Of a stretch of 64,000 nt of DNA, positions 10,164-20,543 are shown piece after piece. Numbering within the stretch: the first letter of the stretch is position 1; each line of letters starts with the position of its first letter. Location of the stretch: assembly GCF_053078305.1 (NCBI RefSeq), contig NZ_CP166879.1, one strand, 5' to 3'. Below the pieces are notes generated by a model that did no database searches, had not been told where the DNA came from, and saw nothing but the letters and a program-made list of their open reading frames with translations. The position numbers and the translations under genes are program-made.

Positions 10164-10385
10164 TCAGTTCAGAGTAACGCTCATCAACCGGACATACGGG
10201 CCAAAACTGTCCTTACGGCGTTCAGCAAACACGGCCAGCACACCGGGAATATCCTGCACTTCACGACCGGTATACGTTTCAGCACTGCCGTGCCAGCGGT
10301 ACTTACCGGTACAGAACGGAAAAAGACGGGATGCAGGATGCTGTTGGTGAATACGCATGGCTTCACCACGGGTGATAATTTTCAT
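10164..10385 (-). CDS. DUF987 protein (YeeT/YkfH family)
   Basis: 73 aa MKIITRGEAMRIHQQHPASRLFPFCTGKYRWHGSAETYTGREVQDIPGVLAVFAERRKDSFGPYVRLMSVTLN. Confidence 0.75.
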   Translation of the reverse strand: MKIITRGEAMRIHQQHPASRLFPFCTGKYRWHGSAETYTGREVQDIPGVLAVFAERRKDSFGPYVRLMSVTLN

Positions 10386-10453
10386 GATGGGATACCTCTG
10401 AAGACAGAAGATAAAAGTGAAAACAAGTGTGATGTGGTTGTGATGGTGACGGG

Positions 10454-10930
10454 TTAAAGCAGACCGTGTTCAGCAAAGGAGAAAACCTGGCTGCCACCGA
10501 TTATCAGATGGTCCGGCACCCGGATATCCACCAGGGCCAGTGCCTGTACCAGACGTTCCGTAATAAGGCGGTCAGCCTTACTGGGTGTGACTTCACCTGA
10601 CGGGTGATTGTGCGCCAGCACCACGGCAGCGGCATTGTGGTACAGGGCACGTTTAATCACTTCCCGGGGATGGACTTCCGTGCGGTTGATGGTGCCGGTG
10701 AAGAGGGTTTCACCGGCAATCAGCTGATTCTGATTGTTCAGATACAGCACCCGGAACTCTTCCCGCTCCAGTCCCGCCATGTTCAGAATCAGCCACTCCC
10801 GTGCCGCACGGGTGGAGGTGAAGGCCACGCCGGGTTCATGAAGATGGCGGTCCAGGGTTTTCAGGGCCCGCAGAATGAGACTGCGCTCGCCGGGCGTCAT
10901 CTCTCCGGGCAGAAAGGAAAGCTGTTGCAT
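10454..10930 (-). CDS. RadC-like JAB-domain protein (YeeS/YkfG/YfjY family)
   Basis: MQQLSFLPGEMTPGERSLILRAL... with JAMM motif HNHPSGEVTPSKAD; alternative start at 10945. Confidence 0.85.
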   Translation of the reverse strand: MQQLSFLPGEMTPGERSLILRALKTLDRHLHEPGVAFTSTRAAREWLILNMAGLEREEFRVLYLNNQNQLIAGETLFTGTINRTEVHPREVIKRALYHNAAAVVLAHNHPSGEVTPSKADRLITERLVQALALVDIRVPDHLIIGGSQVFSFAEHGLL

Positions 10931-10945
10931 TGTGCTTCTCTCCAT

Positions 10946-11428
10946 TCAGTCGATGATGCGCATAATGGCGCTGCATTCCGGATGCTGCAGGGCGTAATCC
11001 CGCAGCCGGTAATAATGGACCGTCATGGCATAACACTCCGTACGACAGGCATGATGACTGTACGTCATCAGACAGGCAGCAATGCCGGCAGCTTCCGGAC
11101 TCATTTCAGCGCGGTTACCGTTCATGGCATTGAACAGCACCCATGTTTCGTCATCATCATCCGGTTCGGGCGCCATAAATGCGCCACCGTTGTTCAGGGT
11201 GTACAGACTCCAGATACCACCGCAGTAGTCTTCACACAGACGGTCCATCCAGCCGAAGATACGGGGCTCCAGGGTCACCCACTGTGGAATGAGGCCAAAG
11301 TGCTGCGGCCAGAAGCTGATGCGCTGTTCATCAGGGACGGGAGTGGCAACCAGTTGAGACTGGTTATTCCCTGATGCAGCGGTCACGGAAACAGAAGGTG
11401 TGGTGGAATTATGCGAAGAGGTTGTCAT
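10946..11428 (-). CDS. Antirestriction protein (ArdB/KlcA-like; YafX/YfjX family)
   Basis: ATG at 11428 gives MTTSSHNSTTPSVSVTAASGNNQSQLVATPVPDEQRISFWPQHFGLIPQWVTLEP...; position in the array matches yafX/yfjX. Confidence 0.8.
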   Translation of the reverse strand: MTTSSHNSTTPSVSVTAASGNNQSQLVATPVPDEQRISFWPQHFGLIPQWVTLEPRIFGWMDRLCEDYCGGIWSLYTLNNGGAFMAPEPDDDDETWVLFNAMNGNRAEMSPEAAGIAACLMTYSHHACRTECYAMTVHYYRLRDYALQHPECSAIMRIID

Positions 11429-11516
11429 GAGATTATTCCTTATAAAAAGCAAATGAATGGAAGAAGTCGCGGGGCAGGGACGGACATGTCAGAACTGCGC
11501 TTTCAGGGAAAAGGCA

Positions 11517-12335
11517 TCAGCGCATACTCTCCAGCAGTGTTTCTGCCATCACCCACAACGCCCGGTTGAGCTTAATGTCGGTGTCGATGCTGTGAATGGC
11601 ACGGGTATGGATACGTTTCCCTCTGGCACTGCGACCGGAAATCCCGCCTTTCAGCATATTTTCCTGGATGGTCTGATAAGTACTCCACAGGTCCTTACCG
11701 TAATCCTCCCGGCGTCGTGGTGTCAGAATGTCGGCGGTGGTGACGGGCTGATGTTCGTCACCATAACGGTAAGTCAGCGCCGCCTGTGCCAGCGCCTGAC
11801 GTGCCGGTGGCGGTAAGAGCAGCGACTGCATGGCATCACGCTTTTCCTCAATCCGGTCAAAAACGCCCACCACTTCGTAAGCCCCTTCAATAACTTTCTC
11901 CACCACGTCTCCCCGGTGCGGAACACGCACCTCTCCCAGAGACTGACCGCAGACGCACCCGTTCTGACAAACGAATCTGAAGTAACCCGGCAGCATCTGG
12001 TAGCTGGAGGTACCGTCATGGGAATTGAGCAGGATGATTTCCGGGACATGCTGTCCGTTTATCTCTCCGGCCCGCCGCAGACGCAGCATGTGTTTTGTGT
12101 ATCCCCGGCGGCCCGGGTCACGTACGCGGGTCTGGCAGGCGAAGAATGGCTGAAAACCTTCCCGCTGCAGGCTTTCCAGTACGGTGATGGTGGGGATCCA
12201 GGTATAGTTCTCGCTTCTGGATGTGTGCTTATCTTCCCCGAATACGCTGGGGACGACTTGCATCAGTTCTTCGCGAGTTAAGGGGCGGTCACGGCGTATC
12301 TGGTTCGCATAACCAAAACGACTGGCTAATCGCAT
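11517..12335 (-). CDS. UPF0380/DUF932-type protein (YafZ/YfjQ-like)
   Basis: 272-aa ORF in conserved array position; family recalled. Confidence 0.65.
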   Translation of the reverse strand: MRLASRFGYANQIRRDRPLTREELMQVVPSVFGEDKHTSRSENYTWIPTITVLESLQREGFQPFFACQTRVRDPGRRGYTKHMLRLRRAGEINGQHVPEIILLNSHDGTSSYQMLPGYFRFVCQNGCVCGQSLGEVRVPHRGDVVEKVIEGAYEVVGVFDRIEEKRDAMQSLLLPPPARQALAQAALTYRYGDEHQPVTTADILTPRRREDYGKDLWSTYQTIQENMLKGGISGRSARGKRIHTRAIHSIDTDIKLNRALWVMAETLLESMR

Positions 12336-12434
12336 AATTTGCTCCTTATCGGTGGTTAAGATTTGCTGGTGTAATAAATGAAAAAGCCACGTCTCCCGGA
12401 GAAGACGCGGCCTGATGGGTGAAATGAATGACGT

Positions 12435-12668
12435 TTATTGTCTGAGAAGACCGTCACTGGCGAGCCGCGTATTAAGCACCTTTCCGGCATCGGGTTCAGA
12501 ATTCCGGCTGCGCCAGCGTCGCTGACCTTCCGCGTTGCGGATAACCCGACGGAAATGCATTCCCGGGTCATTCTGGATAAACACATTGCGGTAAGCGGTT
12601 ATGACAGCAACCGCCTGCCCGTATGAGAAAGATCCTTCAGCCAGGACATACTCTGTGTAACCCGGCAT
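12435..12668 (-). CDS. DUF905 small protein (YkfF-like)
   Basis: 77 aa [52 protein letters not shown]... Confidence 0.6.
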   Translation of the reverse strand: MPGYTEYVLAEGSFSYGQAVAVITAYRNVFIQNDPGMHFRRVIRNAEGQRRWRSRNSEPDAGKVLNTRLASDGLLRQ

Positions 12669-12746
12669 ATCTGTTTTCTCCTGATAAATAAAAAGCCTCT
12701 GCCACGCGTTGTGACAGAGGCTGAAGCATGAAACTGACTTCAGGGA

Positions 12747-13202
12747 TCAGTTAACGTTTTTTCCGGAAACGGTAATCAGCAGTGGATGGTAGTCCTGGGG
12801 ATCGAAAACCGATAACGGCAGACTGACACGATGGCCGTTACTTTCTTCAGTTGCTTTAATGATTTCGGTTGTGGCGATATTTTCCACGCACTCCGTTTCC
12901 AGAAATGCGTCTGTGGTTCGCGTGGCATTACTGTCACCAAAAGCTTCCGTTTCCATTTTTCTGGTCACCAGCGTCTGACCATATTTGTCTTTGAGTTGCA
13001 GAGTGATGGTGAGGGGGCCAAATCCTTCACCGTTTCCGCCATTATCCAGCCGGAACTGGTAAGCACAAATATTTCCCGGGAGCCATATCGTATCTGTATT
13101 GCGTATACTGATGTAACGATGATCCTGTGCCCGGAGTGGGGCAGACCACGTTAACCCCAGAATGAAGGCGGTAATCATGCAGGTTTTGAACAGGTGAATC
13201 AT
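12747..13202 (-). CDS. Exported protein with signal peptide
   Basis: 151 aa; N-terminal hydrophobic leader MIHLFKTCMITAFILGLTWSAPLRA. Confidence 0.5.
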   Translation of the reverse strand: MIHLFKTCMITAFILGLTWSAPLRAQDHRYISIRNTDTIWLPGNICAYQFRLDNGGNGEGFGPLTITLQLKDKYGQTLVTRKMETEAFGDSNATRTTDAFLETECVENIATTEIIKATEESNGHRVSLPLSVFDPQDYHPLLITVSGKNVN

Positions 13203-13277
13203 GGTATTTACCTCTCTGAGTCATGACGATGACACTGACAAATCAGGTGATAAAACGTAAAAGGCGCAGAATAGCCG

Positions 13278-15800
13278 TTATGCCGGTAACTCCGGAGGTA
13301 ATGCTTCTTCCAGTCGGTTAACCATATTGCCGAGATGGGATGCATCATATTCCATGACGGGGCGTTGCCTGATGATACTGACCACCAGTGGTTTGATTAA
13401 CATATTGGTCGCGGCCCGTTGTTGTATACCGGCGGCGAAAATGATCTCCAGAGCATTCTGATCGATAACACGGGCCAGATTCTCGTTCAGATTTTCAATC
13501 TCATGTCCGGTCAGCAGGAAACTGCCGGCAAGCCATGTCACCTGCTCCTGAATCATTGCCAGAATTTTGACGCGATCTTCTTCAACCAGCGCTCCGGCAA
13601 TTTTTCCTGATACAGCGGAGGCAATCATTCCCCCCAGAACACCGCCAACCACACGCCCTGTCAGTGCACCAAATGGTCCCAGTGGACTGAACAGTATCCC
13701 GCCCGCCACTGACCCGACAGCTCCACCTGCAACACCGGAAGATGCCACGGCAAGATTCCTGATGAACTGCGTACCGGAGATCCGTCCCCGCAACATTTTG
13801 ATCATGTCAGGGCCGGTTGTGACAGCTACCAGTGCCAGAGATGTCACCAGCGTACCCTTCATCACTTTGTTCAGGGCACTGATATTTCCTGCACCGGTCC
13901 CCTTCTGAAGAGCCAGTCGGACAGTCGGGCTGGCAGTCGAAAAATCAATGTGCTTCAGCATACCCTGAACAACACTGAGCCGGTGGAGTTGCTGGGTTGT
14001 GACGTAGACAGCCAGTGTGCGGGTGAAGGTTTTTCCTGCCTGGACAGCAGCTGTCTGCAGGGCAGCATCGCGATCGCCGGTGCTGAGCCAGAAGACCGAT
14101 GCCGTCAGGGCAAAACTGATCCCTCCGGCCGCCAGACTGACAACCGAACCCTCGGCAATATCATAAGTGACCGATTCGATGGTCCCGAACCGGGTGATAT
14201 TACGGGCCTGAGTATAAGTCAGATGTCCCCGACGAATCAGCCGGGACGCTTCTGCGGGATCGGTTACACCGGGTACTTTACCTTCGCGGATCTTATTCCT
14301 CATGGTTTCAACAGCGCCGGCATACTGATCACGGGGGACTTCCAGTTGCATGGGGCCATTATTTCCCATGTAACGATACTGTCCGTTTTGTCCGTCGAAT
14401 GCCGCACCGACGCTACGGGCTGCAGTTGAACAATATTTCGTCTGGATTTCTGTTCCGCTGACCAGTCTGTCTGCTCCATTTCTGGCATTATTATCACCGA
14501 GGATCCGTGCGTTTTTCAGACGGACTCTGTCGACAATATGGTTTCCCCGTTCAGCGGCAAACCCATGTCCCTGCCCTCCGGAAGCAAACATTTTCTCATT
14601 TGTACTCCAGGTTTCCGGCAGTTTCATGAGAATCAGACCATTCGCCGTTGCATCGGAAATAAAACCGGTGTAAGAACGTTCATAAATGTCCTGACACAGT
14701 GTTTCTGTTTCGCGACAAAGAGAGGAGCAGTACCATTCCGGATCCGGCTTATGATTTTCCGGGGCATGATGTACTTCTGTCAGCCCGCAGGAGGCACAGA
14801 TACGAAGCTCATCCACGTGATGGAATGATAAAAAACGGCGACCTTCTGAAAAGGGATACCAGTCACCGCCGTCCAGGCAACGATCGAGAAAATCGTCATT
14901 CGCTTCCGGTGATAAATTCAGGCGGTTCCGGAAGAGCGTTTTCAGTTCATCAGGTGTGAATGACAGGTTCTCTTTCAACTGTTCGTTAAACCCTGCCATG
15001 TTTCTTTCATACCAGGCATTGTTCAGTAACCAGTTTCCGTCTGCCAGTTCAAATTCCCTCAGCTCTCCCCGGGAAATCCGTTGAGAAATGAGCGTCAGCC
15101 AGATGCGCTCCGTCAGTGAGTCAGGAAGGCTGTAATCGTTTTGCAAACTGGTCAGCCACGATTTACTGTTGAGCACCGGTTGTTCTTCCAGTGTCTGGCT
15201 GATGGCACAGGTCAGTTTTTTCAGCGCCTGGATCTGGCTGGCCGCCCATAGCAGCGTCACTAATGCAGCCAGCCAGTACAACAACCCGCCCCACCACATC
15301 AGTGACGGTGAAATATCGTACTGTAACGCGATCAATGGTGCGCATGCAGAACACGCCATAAGGAAAAAGGCAGTATAAAAACAGCAGTAATACCCGTTAA
15401 TTTCCTTGCTGATATCTTCTGGTGTGATCCCGTTCTGCTGAATGTTTTTGATCTGCAGGGGAACAGCCAGCAGACCACCGGCGAGAGCAGTGGTCAGAAT
15501 AAATTTCACAGAGTCAAAGGTGTGAGCCTCCAGCGCGATATGTTTACCATCAAGTCCCCACATGAAGCTGATGATCATTCCGGCAATCGTCAGAAATACG
15601 CCTGCCAGCCAGCGAATATGGAACAACCGGGTTATGCGTTCGGTGATATAGCCAGCCAGTAAGGCCGGGCCGAACAGACACAGCAATATGAGCCCTGCCA
15701 GCGCAGAAGCCGTGCTGATTAATGCTCTGAACAAAAGGCGAAGAATGGCAAATCCTGCGATCAGCAGGATCAGCGCGCCGACTATCTGTAACATAGTCAC
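13278..15800 (-). CDS. Large inner-membrane protein (yeeR-position, Ag43-linked)
   Basis: 840-aa ORF; N-terminal third has multiple hydrophobic helices; immediately downstream of flu as yeeR is in CP4-44. Confidence 0.6.
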   Translation of the reverse strand: MTMLQIVGALILLIAGFAILRLLFRALISTASALAGLILLCLFGPALLAGYITERITRLFHIRWLAGVFLTIAGMIISFMWGLDGKHIALEAHTFDSVKFILTTALAGGLLAVPLQIKNIQQNGITPEDISKEINGYYCCFYTAFFLMACSACAPLIALQYDISPSLMWWGGLLYWLAALVTLLWAASQIQALKKLTCAISQTLEEQPVLNSKSWLTSLQNDYSLPDSLTERIWLTLISQRISRGELREFELADGNWLLNNAWYERNMAGFNEQLKENLSFTPDELKTLFRNRLNLSPEANDDFLDRCLDGGDWYPFSEGRRFLSFHHVDELRICASCGLTEVHHAPENHKPDPEWYCSSLCRETETLCQDIYERSYTGFISDATANGLILMKLPETWSTNEKMFASGGQGHGFAAERGNHIVDRVRLKNARILGDNNARNGADRLVSGTEIQTKYCSTAARSVGAAFDGQNGQYRYMGNNGPMQLEVPRDQYAGAVETMRNKIREGKVPGVTDPAEASRLIRRGHLTYTQARNITRFGTIESVTYDIAEGSVVSLAAGGISFALTASVFWLSTGDRDAALQTAAVQAGKTFTRTLAVYVTTQQLHRLSVVQGMLKHIDFSTASPTVRLALQKGTGAGNISALNKVMKGTLVTSLALVAVTTGPDMIKMLRGRISGTQFIRNLAVASSGVAGGAVGSVAGGILFSPLGPFGALTGRVVGGVLGGMIASAVSGKIAGALVEEDRVKILAMIQEQVTWLAGSFLLTGHEIENLNENLARVIDQNALEIIFAAGIQQRAATNMLIKPLVVSIIRQRPVMEYDASHLGNMVNRLEEALPPELPA

Positions 15801-15914
15801 TCCGTGATGAATATCATGTTATTGTTAATGCCAGCGAATGTGGCGTTGAAGATCCGTTGCGCCGGTCCGGGTCCCGGTCATGATGACCGGGACCACAGAG
15901 AGGCGATGGTTCTG

Positions 15915-18900
15915 TCAGAAGGTCACATTCAGTGTGGCCTGACCGTTATACCCTTCAGCGCTGCTGCCGCTGACGCTGTGGGCATAACCGGCCTGAACGC
16001 CCAGGGTGATATTTTCCCGGACACGGGCTTCCAGTCCGGCCTGCAGGTCCAGTGACGTGCCATTCCGGGACGGTGAGAACGTCATGTTACTGCCGGCTGC
16101 AGCTGTACCCATGCTCATGTCCCCCCGGGAGCTGAAGGTGCGGATAACAGAAGGTTGTACCCACCAGTTCACAGGCAGTTCACTCACACCGTGTTTTGTA
16201 CTGTCGCGCAGGGTGTCACGGGATGAGGTGCCTTCACCAAAGGTCATATCGTTGTGGCTGCCCAGACGGAAACCGGCACGCACATGTTGTGCACTGCCAT
16301 ACCCGAACTTCACATAACCGGCGTTATCCTGGCCGTCATCCAGGGAGAGTCCCTGCCAGGTGTACTGCAGTTGCGGCTCCAGCATCAGATTGTCAGTGAT
16401 ACTGAAGGGCAGACCGGTTTCCAGCGAACCCAGCCAGCCCCACCCCCGGGCGCGGAAGTCGTTATTGTCCGTTGACGCTTTCATGCTGTGGCGGGTTCCC
16501 AGGGCCACAATGTCAGCCCACAGGCCGGAGGATGTATGTGTCAGATTCAGGTATCCGCCAAGGCTGCCGGCATCATCCCGGACCGTGCCGGCACGGGAGG
16601 CGTCATCATCCTTAACATCAACGGAAGAATGGCCTGCAGCACCATATATCCCTGCGGTCACAGACATACCGGCAACCTCTGTTCTCAGCAGGTCACCCTC
16701 CAGGCGGACGAAGCCATAGCTGCCGCTGCTTTCCGGCGTGGCCCCACGGGCAATACCGCCGTTGTTATCGTGACCGAGATGGCCGCCCTGAATGCTGAGA
16801 CGGACGCTGTTATTTTCACCGTTTACACCGGTCTGATGGCTGCGTGAGCCTGCCAGAATCCGGTCATAGTCCATTGCCTGTGTCAGCATGGAGGCATACA
16901 GGGGGACTTCTGCACGATAAGCATTTTCACTGCGCAGATACCAGCTCTCATCACTGTCCCGGTTGAGGGAGTAGTTAAAGGCACCGGCCTGCAGCCTGTT
17001 CCCCTGGACAAAGGCCCCTTCCTCCGTGGTGGCACCGTTAATGGCTTCCACCACCTGAATACCCTTACCGCTGGTCGCCAGCCCCGACGCACTGTTGCCA
17101 GCGTTCACCAGGTTCAGGATGGTTTTTCCGGTTGCCCTGCCACCGTCAATGACCAGTCTGTCAGCATTGTTCTGTGCCATATCCGGGCGTACACGCAGGC
17201 TGATGGTGCCATTCTGTCCGTTCAGGTTTTTCACTTTCAGGGTTGCCGGTACGAACTTCCCTGTGCGGGTGGAGGTGAAATGAATCTGTCCGGCATGGCT
17301 GAGGTCATCCACCACCGACTGCACCGTGGCGTTATCGGGGATATTCCAGGTGGCACCGGAGGCGAGAGTGACATTCGTGGGGTCAATGGCACCGTTCAGC
17401 ACAGTGCTGCCGGTCAGCTTCAGGGCTGTACCGCGCTGAGCAATGACATCCGTGGTGACGGTACTGTCGTTCAGCGTCAGCGTGCCTTCATTCAGGTTGA
17501 CGGCTTTCTGGGTGAGTGTGGTGTTGCTGACAGTGAGTGTGCCACTTCCTGATTTTTCCACGCTGCCGTTACCGGTGAGAGAGCCTCCCTGCAGGAGTGC
17601 ATCGCCTTCACGGATGGTCAGGGTATCGTTGTTCACCGTCTTCCCGGAAAGGGTAAGTATGGCGCCGTTATTCAGCGTGGTGGTGCCCGCCAGTGTGCCG
17701 CCCCTGGCGGTGAACAGTCCGCCATTTACCGTGGTATCCGTGGCCGTATCACCGGCGTTCAGCGTGAATGAACTGCCTTTTTCCAGCATCAGGGCATCCG
17801 CCTGACCGCCTCCGATACTGAATGCCTTTCCGTCGCTCCGTGTACCACTGACAGCGGCACCGGAATCGGCCAGCAGTACACCGCCATTCCCCATGGATAC
17901 GGTGGTGGCGGCACCACCGTTGCGGACATCCAGCGTTCCGCCATCATCCACACGGGTATTAGTGGCTGTGTGTCCGCTCAGCACATCCAGACGTCCGCCA
18001 TTTTCCAGTACGACATTATCAGCTTTACCCTCCACAACAGAGAATGCTCCCTGGCGGTTTATGCCGGTAACGGTTGCAGCCGTACTGGTAACCAGTGCGC
18101 CGCCCTGCTTCAGGGTGACATTCGTGGCTGTACCACCGGCGTTCACCTGCAGTTTGCCTTTCTGGTTAACGGTGGTGAAATCCGCCAGACCACCTTCCTT
18201 GACAATCTGCCAGCCGTCACTGTTTACAACCGTGTCAGAGGCTGTGCCTCCGTTGTGCACATACTGGTAACCGCCATTCAGTGTGGTATCCAGCGCATGC
18301 CCGTGTACCGTCTGGTCGCCGCCGGCATAAACCACAGTGGTATTTGCTGTTCCTTCAGCAGCCACAATCTGACGACCATTTTTATTGATAGTGGTACGTA
18401 CGGCATTTCCGCGAACAAACTGCCCGGTATCACCATTTTCTGCATCTGGTCCCCCTTCCGCGCCGGTATTCACAACCGTGTCGGTTGCCATTGCGCCGGA
18501 TTTGACGGCCTGCCAGCCCTTCTCATTAATGACGGTACCCGTTGCAATCCCGCCTTCATGTACCCACTGCTCACCGCCGTTCAGAGTGGTGTTCACTGCC
18601 TGCCCCTGAAGGCTCTGTCCGCCTCCGGCACTGATAACCGTGTCTGAAACACTTCCGCCGGGATTCACTCTCTGAAGACCACCACTGGTGACAGTCGTTT
18701 TGTTGGCTGTACCGCCATCCTGTACCCATTGACCGCCGGTATTGGCCTCATTGTCCGGCCCGTACTCCAGCCCGGTACTGATGGTCATTCCGTTGGTCAT
18801 ACCGAAGACAATCTGGTTGTCATGATTTGTCAGTGTTCCGCCGCTCACGGTTTCTCCCGCCTGTACAACCGTGTCAGCAGCCAGTGCCGGGACTGATGTG

Positions 18901-19034
18901 ACAGCAGCAAGAGACAGCGCAACCGCCACTCCGGCGCGTTTTCCCCGTGAGCGGGCCAGTTCGGAGGCCACCACCAGGGTGCCCGTAATGTGATTCCATA
19001 CCAGCCTGTAGCTGGTGTTCAGATGTCGTTTCAT
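15915..19034 (-). CDS. flu: Antigen 43 self-associating autotransporter adhesin
   Basis: Internal ATG (plus 'cat' 19032-19034) gives 1039 aa starting MKRHLNTSYRLVWNHITGTLVVASELARSRGKR (extended autotransporter signal); repetitive passenger; C-terminal beta-barrel ending ...GQATLNVTF. Confidence 0.92.
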   Translation of the reverse strand: MKRHLNTSYRLVWNHITGTLVVASELARSRGKRAGVAVALSLAAVTSVPALAADTVVQAGETVSGGTLTNHDNQIVFGMTNGMTISTGLEYGPDNEANTGGQWVQDGGTANKTTVTSGGLQRVNPGGSVSDTVISAGGGQSLQGQAVNTTLNGGEQWVHEGGIATGTVINEKGWQAVKSGAMATDTVVNTGAEGGPDAENGDTGQFVRGNAVRTTINKNGRQIVAAEGTANTTVVYAGGDQTVHGHALDTTLNGGYQYVHNGGTASDTVVNSDGWQIVKEGGLADFTTVNQKGKLQVNAGGTATNVTLKQGGALVTSTAATVTGINRQGAFSVVEGKADNVVLENGGRLDVLSGHTATNTRVDDGGTLDVRNGGAATTVSMGNGGVLLADSGAAVSGTRSDGKAFSIGGGQADALMLEKGSSFTLNAGDTATDTTVNGGLFTARGGTLAGTTTLNNGAILTLSGKTVNNDTLTIREGDALLQGGSLTGNGSVEKSGSGTLTVSNTTLTQKAVNLNEGTLTLNDSTVTTDVIAQRGTALKLTGSTVLNGAIDPTNVTLASGATWNIPDNATVQSVVDDLSHAGQIHFTSTRTGKFVPATLKVKNLNGQNGTISLRVRPDMAQNNADRLVIDGGRATGKTILNLVNAGNSASGLATSGKGIQVVEAINGATTEEGAFVQGNRLQAGAFNYSLNRDSDESWYLRSENAYRAEVPLYASMLTQAMDYDRILAGSRSHQTGVNGENNSVRLSIQGGHLGHDNNGGIARGATPESSGSYGFVRLEGDLLRTEVAGMSVTAGIYGAAGHSSVDVKDDDASRAGTVRDDAGSLGGYLNLTHTSSGLWADIVALGTRHSMKASTDNNDFRARGWGWLGSLETGLPFSITDNLMLEPQLQYTWQGLSLDDGQDNAGYVKFGYGSAQHVRAGFRLGSHNDMTFGEGTSSRDTLRDSTKHGVSELPVNWWVQPSVIRTFSSRGDMSMGTAAAGSNMTFSPSRNGTSLDLQAGLEARVRENITLGVQAGYAHSVSGSSAEGYNGQATLNVTF

Positions 19035-19214
19035 CAGCTTTTCCTTAGATTGAGGGTGAATAAAAAAGCCGGTACCCACAAACGTGGATACCGGCAGGTA
19101 AAGGGTTACAGTGCCGGAGGTCCGGCTGTGGGAGTTTCTGAATTGTGGTTCTGTTGTTCCCTGAATGTCTTTCTGTACGTATCTGTGCATGTTACTGACA
19201 AAGGTTATTATTAG

Positions 19215-19260
19215 CTTATCGATCGATATAAACGATCGATAAAATAGGTATCGATCGTTT
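19215..19260. promoter_or_regulatory. agn43 phase-variation switch: three GATC Dam sites in putative OxyR operator
   Basis: GATC at 19221-19224, 19234-19237 and 19253-19256 within tcgatcgatataaacgatcgataaaataggtatcgatcg, about 190 nt upstream of the flu start. Confidence 0.7.
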
Positions 19261-19361
19261 TATTCTATTGTTTGGCTATTGCACGGACAAGAGAGACAGT
19301 AACGAAAACAGCGCTTTTGTGAGCAGACTCAGAGTCAGGGAGGGCATCAGTCACGACAGGT

Positions 19362-20234
19362 TCAGAAGAAAATCCAGTTCCATACCGCACGGGCAACAGA
19401 GACCACCGTGTTACGAACAGCGCGCAGGGCCGTACGGACAACAGAGGCAACACAGACGCTCTCCGCTGTGTCAAATATCCGGTCCACCGCACCGGTAAAC
19501 TGTTCACGGGCCTGAGACCGGACAGATTCCGTGCGCAGCTCGTCCTGCAGTCGGGTCATCAGGGGACTGGCGGCATGGTCGGGAAGCGCTGTCATGAGCG
19601 CACTGACCAGCGTATCCAGTTCCCAGCCGGTGCGGGCCGATACGGCCACAACCGGATGTACGGGCCGGAACAGACGGAATACCGCCTCCGTTTTTTCGCG
19701 AATATTCTGTGCCTGTGCAGGAGAAGGCTGAATACCGGCCATATCCCATTCATGGCAGGGCTCCGTTTTGTCGGCCTGCGTCACCACAAACAGCACCTGC
19801 TGATGTCCGCACTGCAGGATGTGTCGCCAGAAATACTCATCCACAGACAGGGCACGGTCATCGGCTTTAATCAGCCACAGTACCAGGTCAAGTTCAGGCA
19901 GAATGTCACGGTACAGGGCTTCATACTCAGCATCCCTGTCCCGGCTCTCGCCCACCCCGGGCAGGTCAGTGATAACCATGCTGTGACCATGGCCACTCAG
20001 ACGGAAGCGCTGCACTTCCCGGGTGCCAGCGTGAACATCACTGACCGGGGTGACCTCCCCCTGAAACAGTGCATTACAGAGTGAGGATTTACCGGCCCCG
20101 CTTTTACCCATAATGCCAATCACGGGTTCGTGGCTGGTGAGTTTGCGCAGATGTTCCAGGATGTGACGGGAAAGTGAATAAGGCAGGGAGGAGAGTGGTT
20201 TTTCAATTGCCTCAATGGCATCAGACGGATTCAT
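19362..20234 (-). CDS. GTPase of the YeeP/YkfA/YfjP family
   Basis: ATG at 20234 gives 290 aa with P-loop GIMGKSGAGKSS and DLPG motif; directly upstream of flu as yeeP is in CP4-44. Confidence 0.7.
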   Translation of the reverse strand: MNPSDAIEAIEKPLSSLPYSLSRHILEHLRKLTSHEPVIGIMGKSGAGKSSLCNALFQGEVTPVSDVHAGTREVQRFRLSGHGHSMVITDLPGVGESRDRDAEYEALYRDILPELDLVLWLIKADDRALSVDEYFWRHILQCGHQQVLFVVTQADKTEPCHEWDMAGIQPSPAQAQNIREKTEAVFRLFRPVHPVVAVSARTGWELDTLVSALMTALPDHAASPLMTRLQDELRTESVRSQAREQFTGAVDRIFDTAESVCVASVVRTALRAVRNTVVSVARAVWNWIFF

Positions 20235-20543
20235 ACATGTATTCCCGGTGAAAAAAAGACAAAACCCCGCGCACCGGAAAGGTGGCGGGGGACTCACGGA
20301 GATAATATATGTCTGAAATTATTTTGATTGTATGGTGTCATGAGATAGCTGAAACCGAGCTATGGATATGCAAATAATAACCTACAGTTTCCGGTTTGAG
20401 GATCGATGAAATCGTTGATTAATGTTAATATACCGCCAATTTTTCAGCGTTCTGATTCTTTCAGTGAATCAACGTATTGGGCTTCCCTGATAGCTGAACG
20501 CTTTAACTTACAATGCTCAGAATTGATAAGAAAAAAGGAATAT

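Noticed and set aside
16006-18647. Plus-strand ORFs inside flu (Ag43)
   Set aside because: Antisense to a confidently called autotransporter gene; repeat-rich DNA gives open frames by chance.
20406-20543. 46-codon N-terminal extension of mod
   Set aside because: First ATG has only a closely spaced (4-nt) SD-like sequence, whereas ATG 20544 has a well-placed AGGA; extension judged likely non-coding but not excluded.
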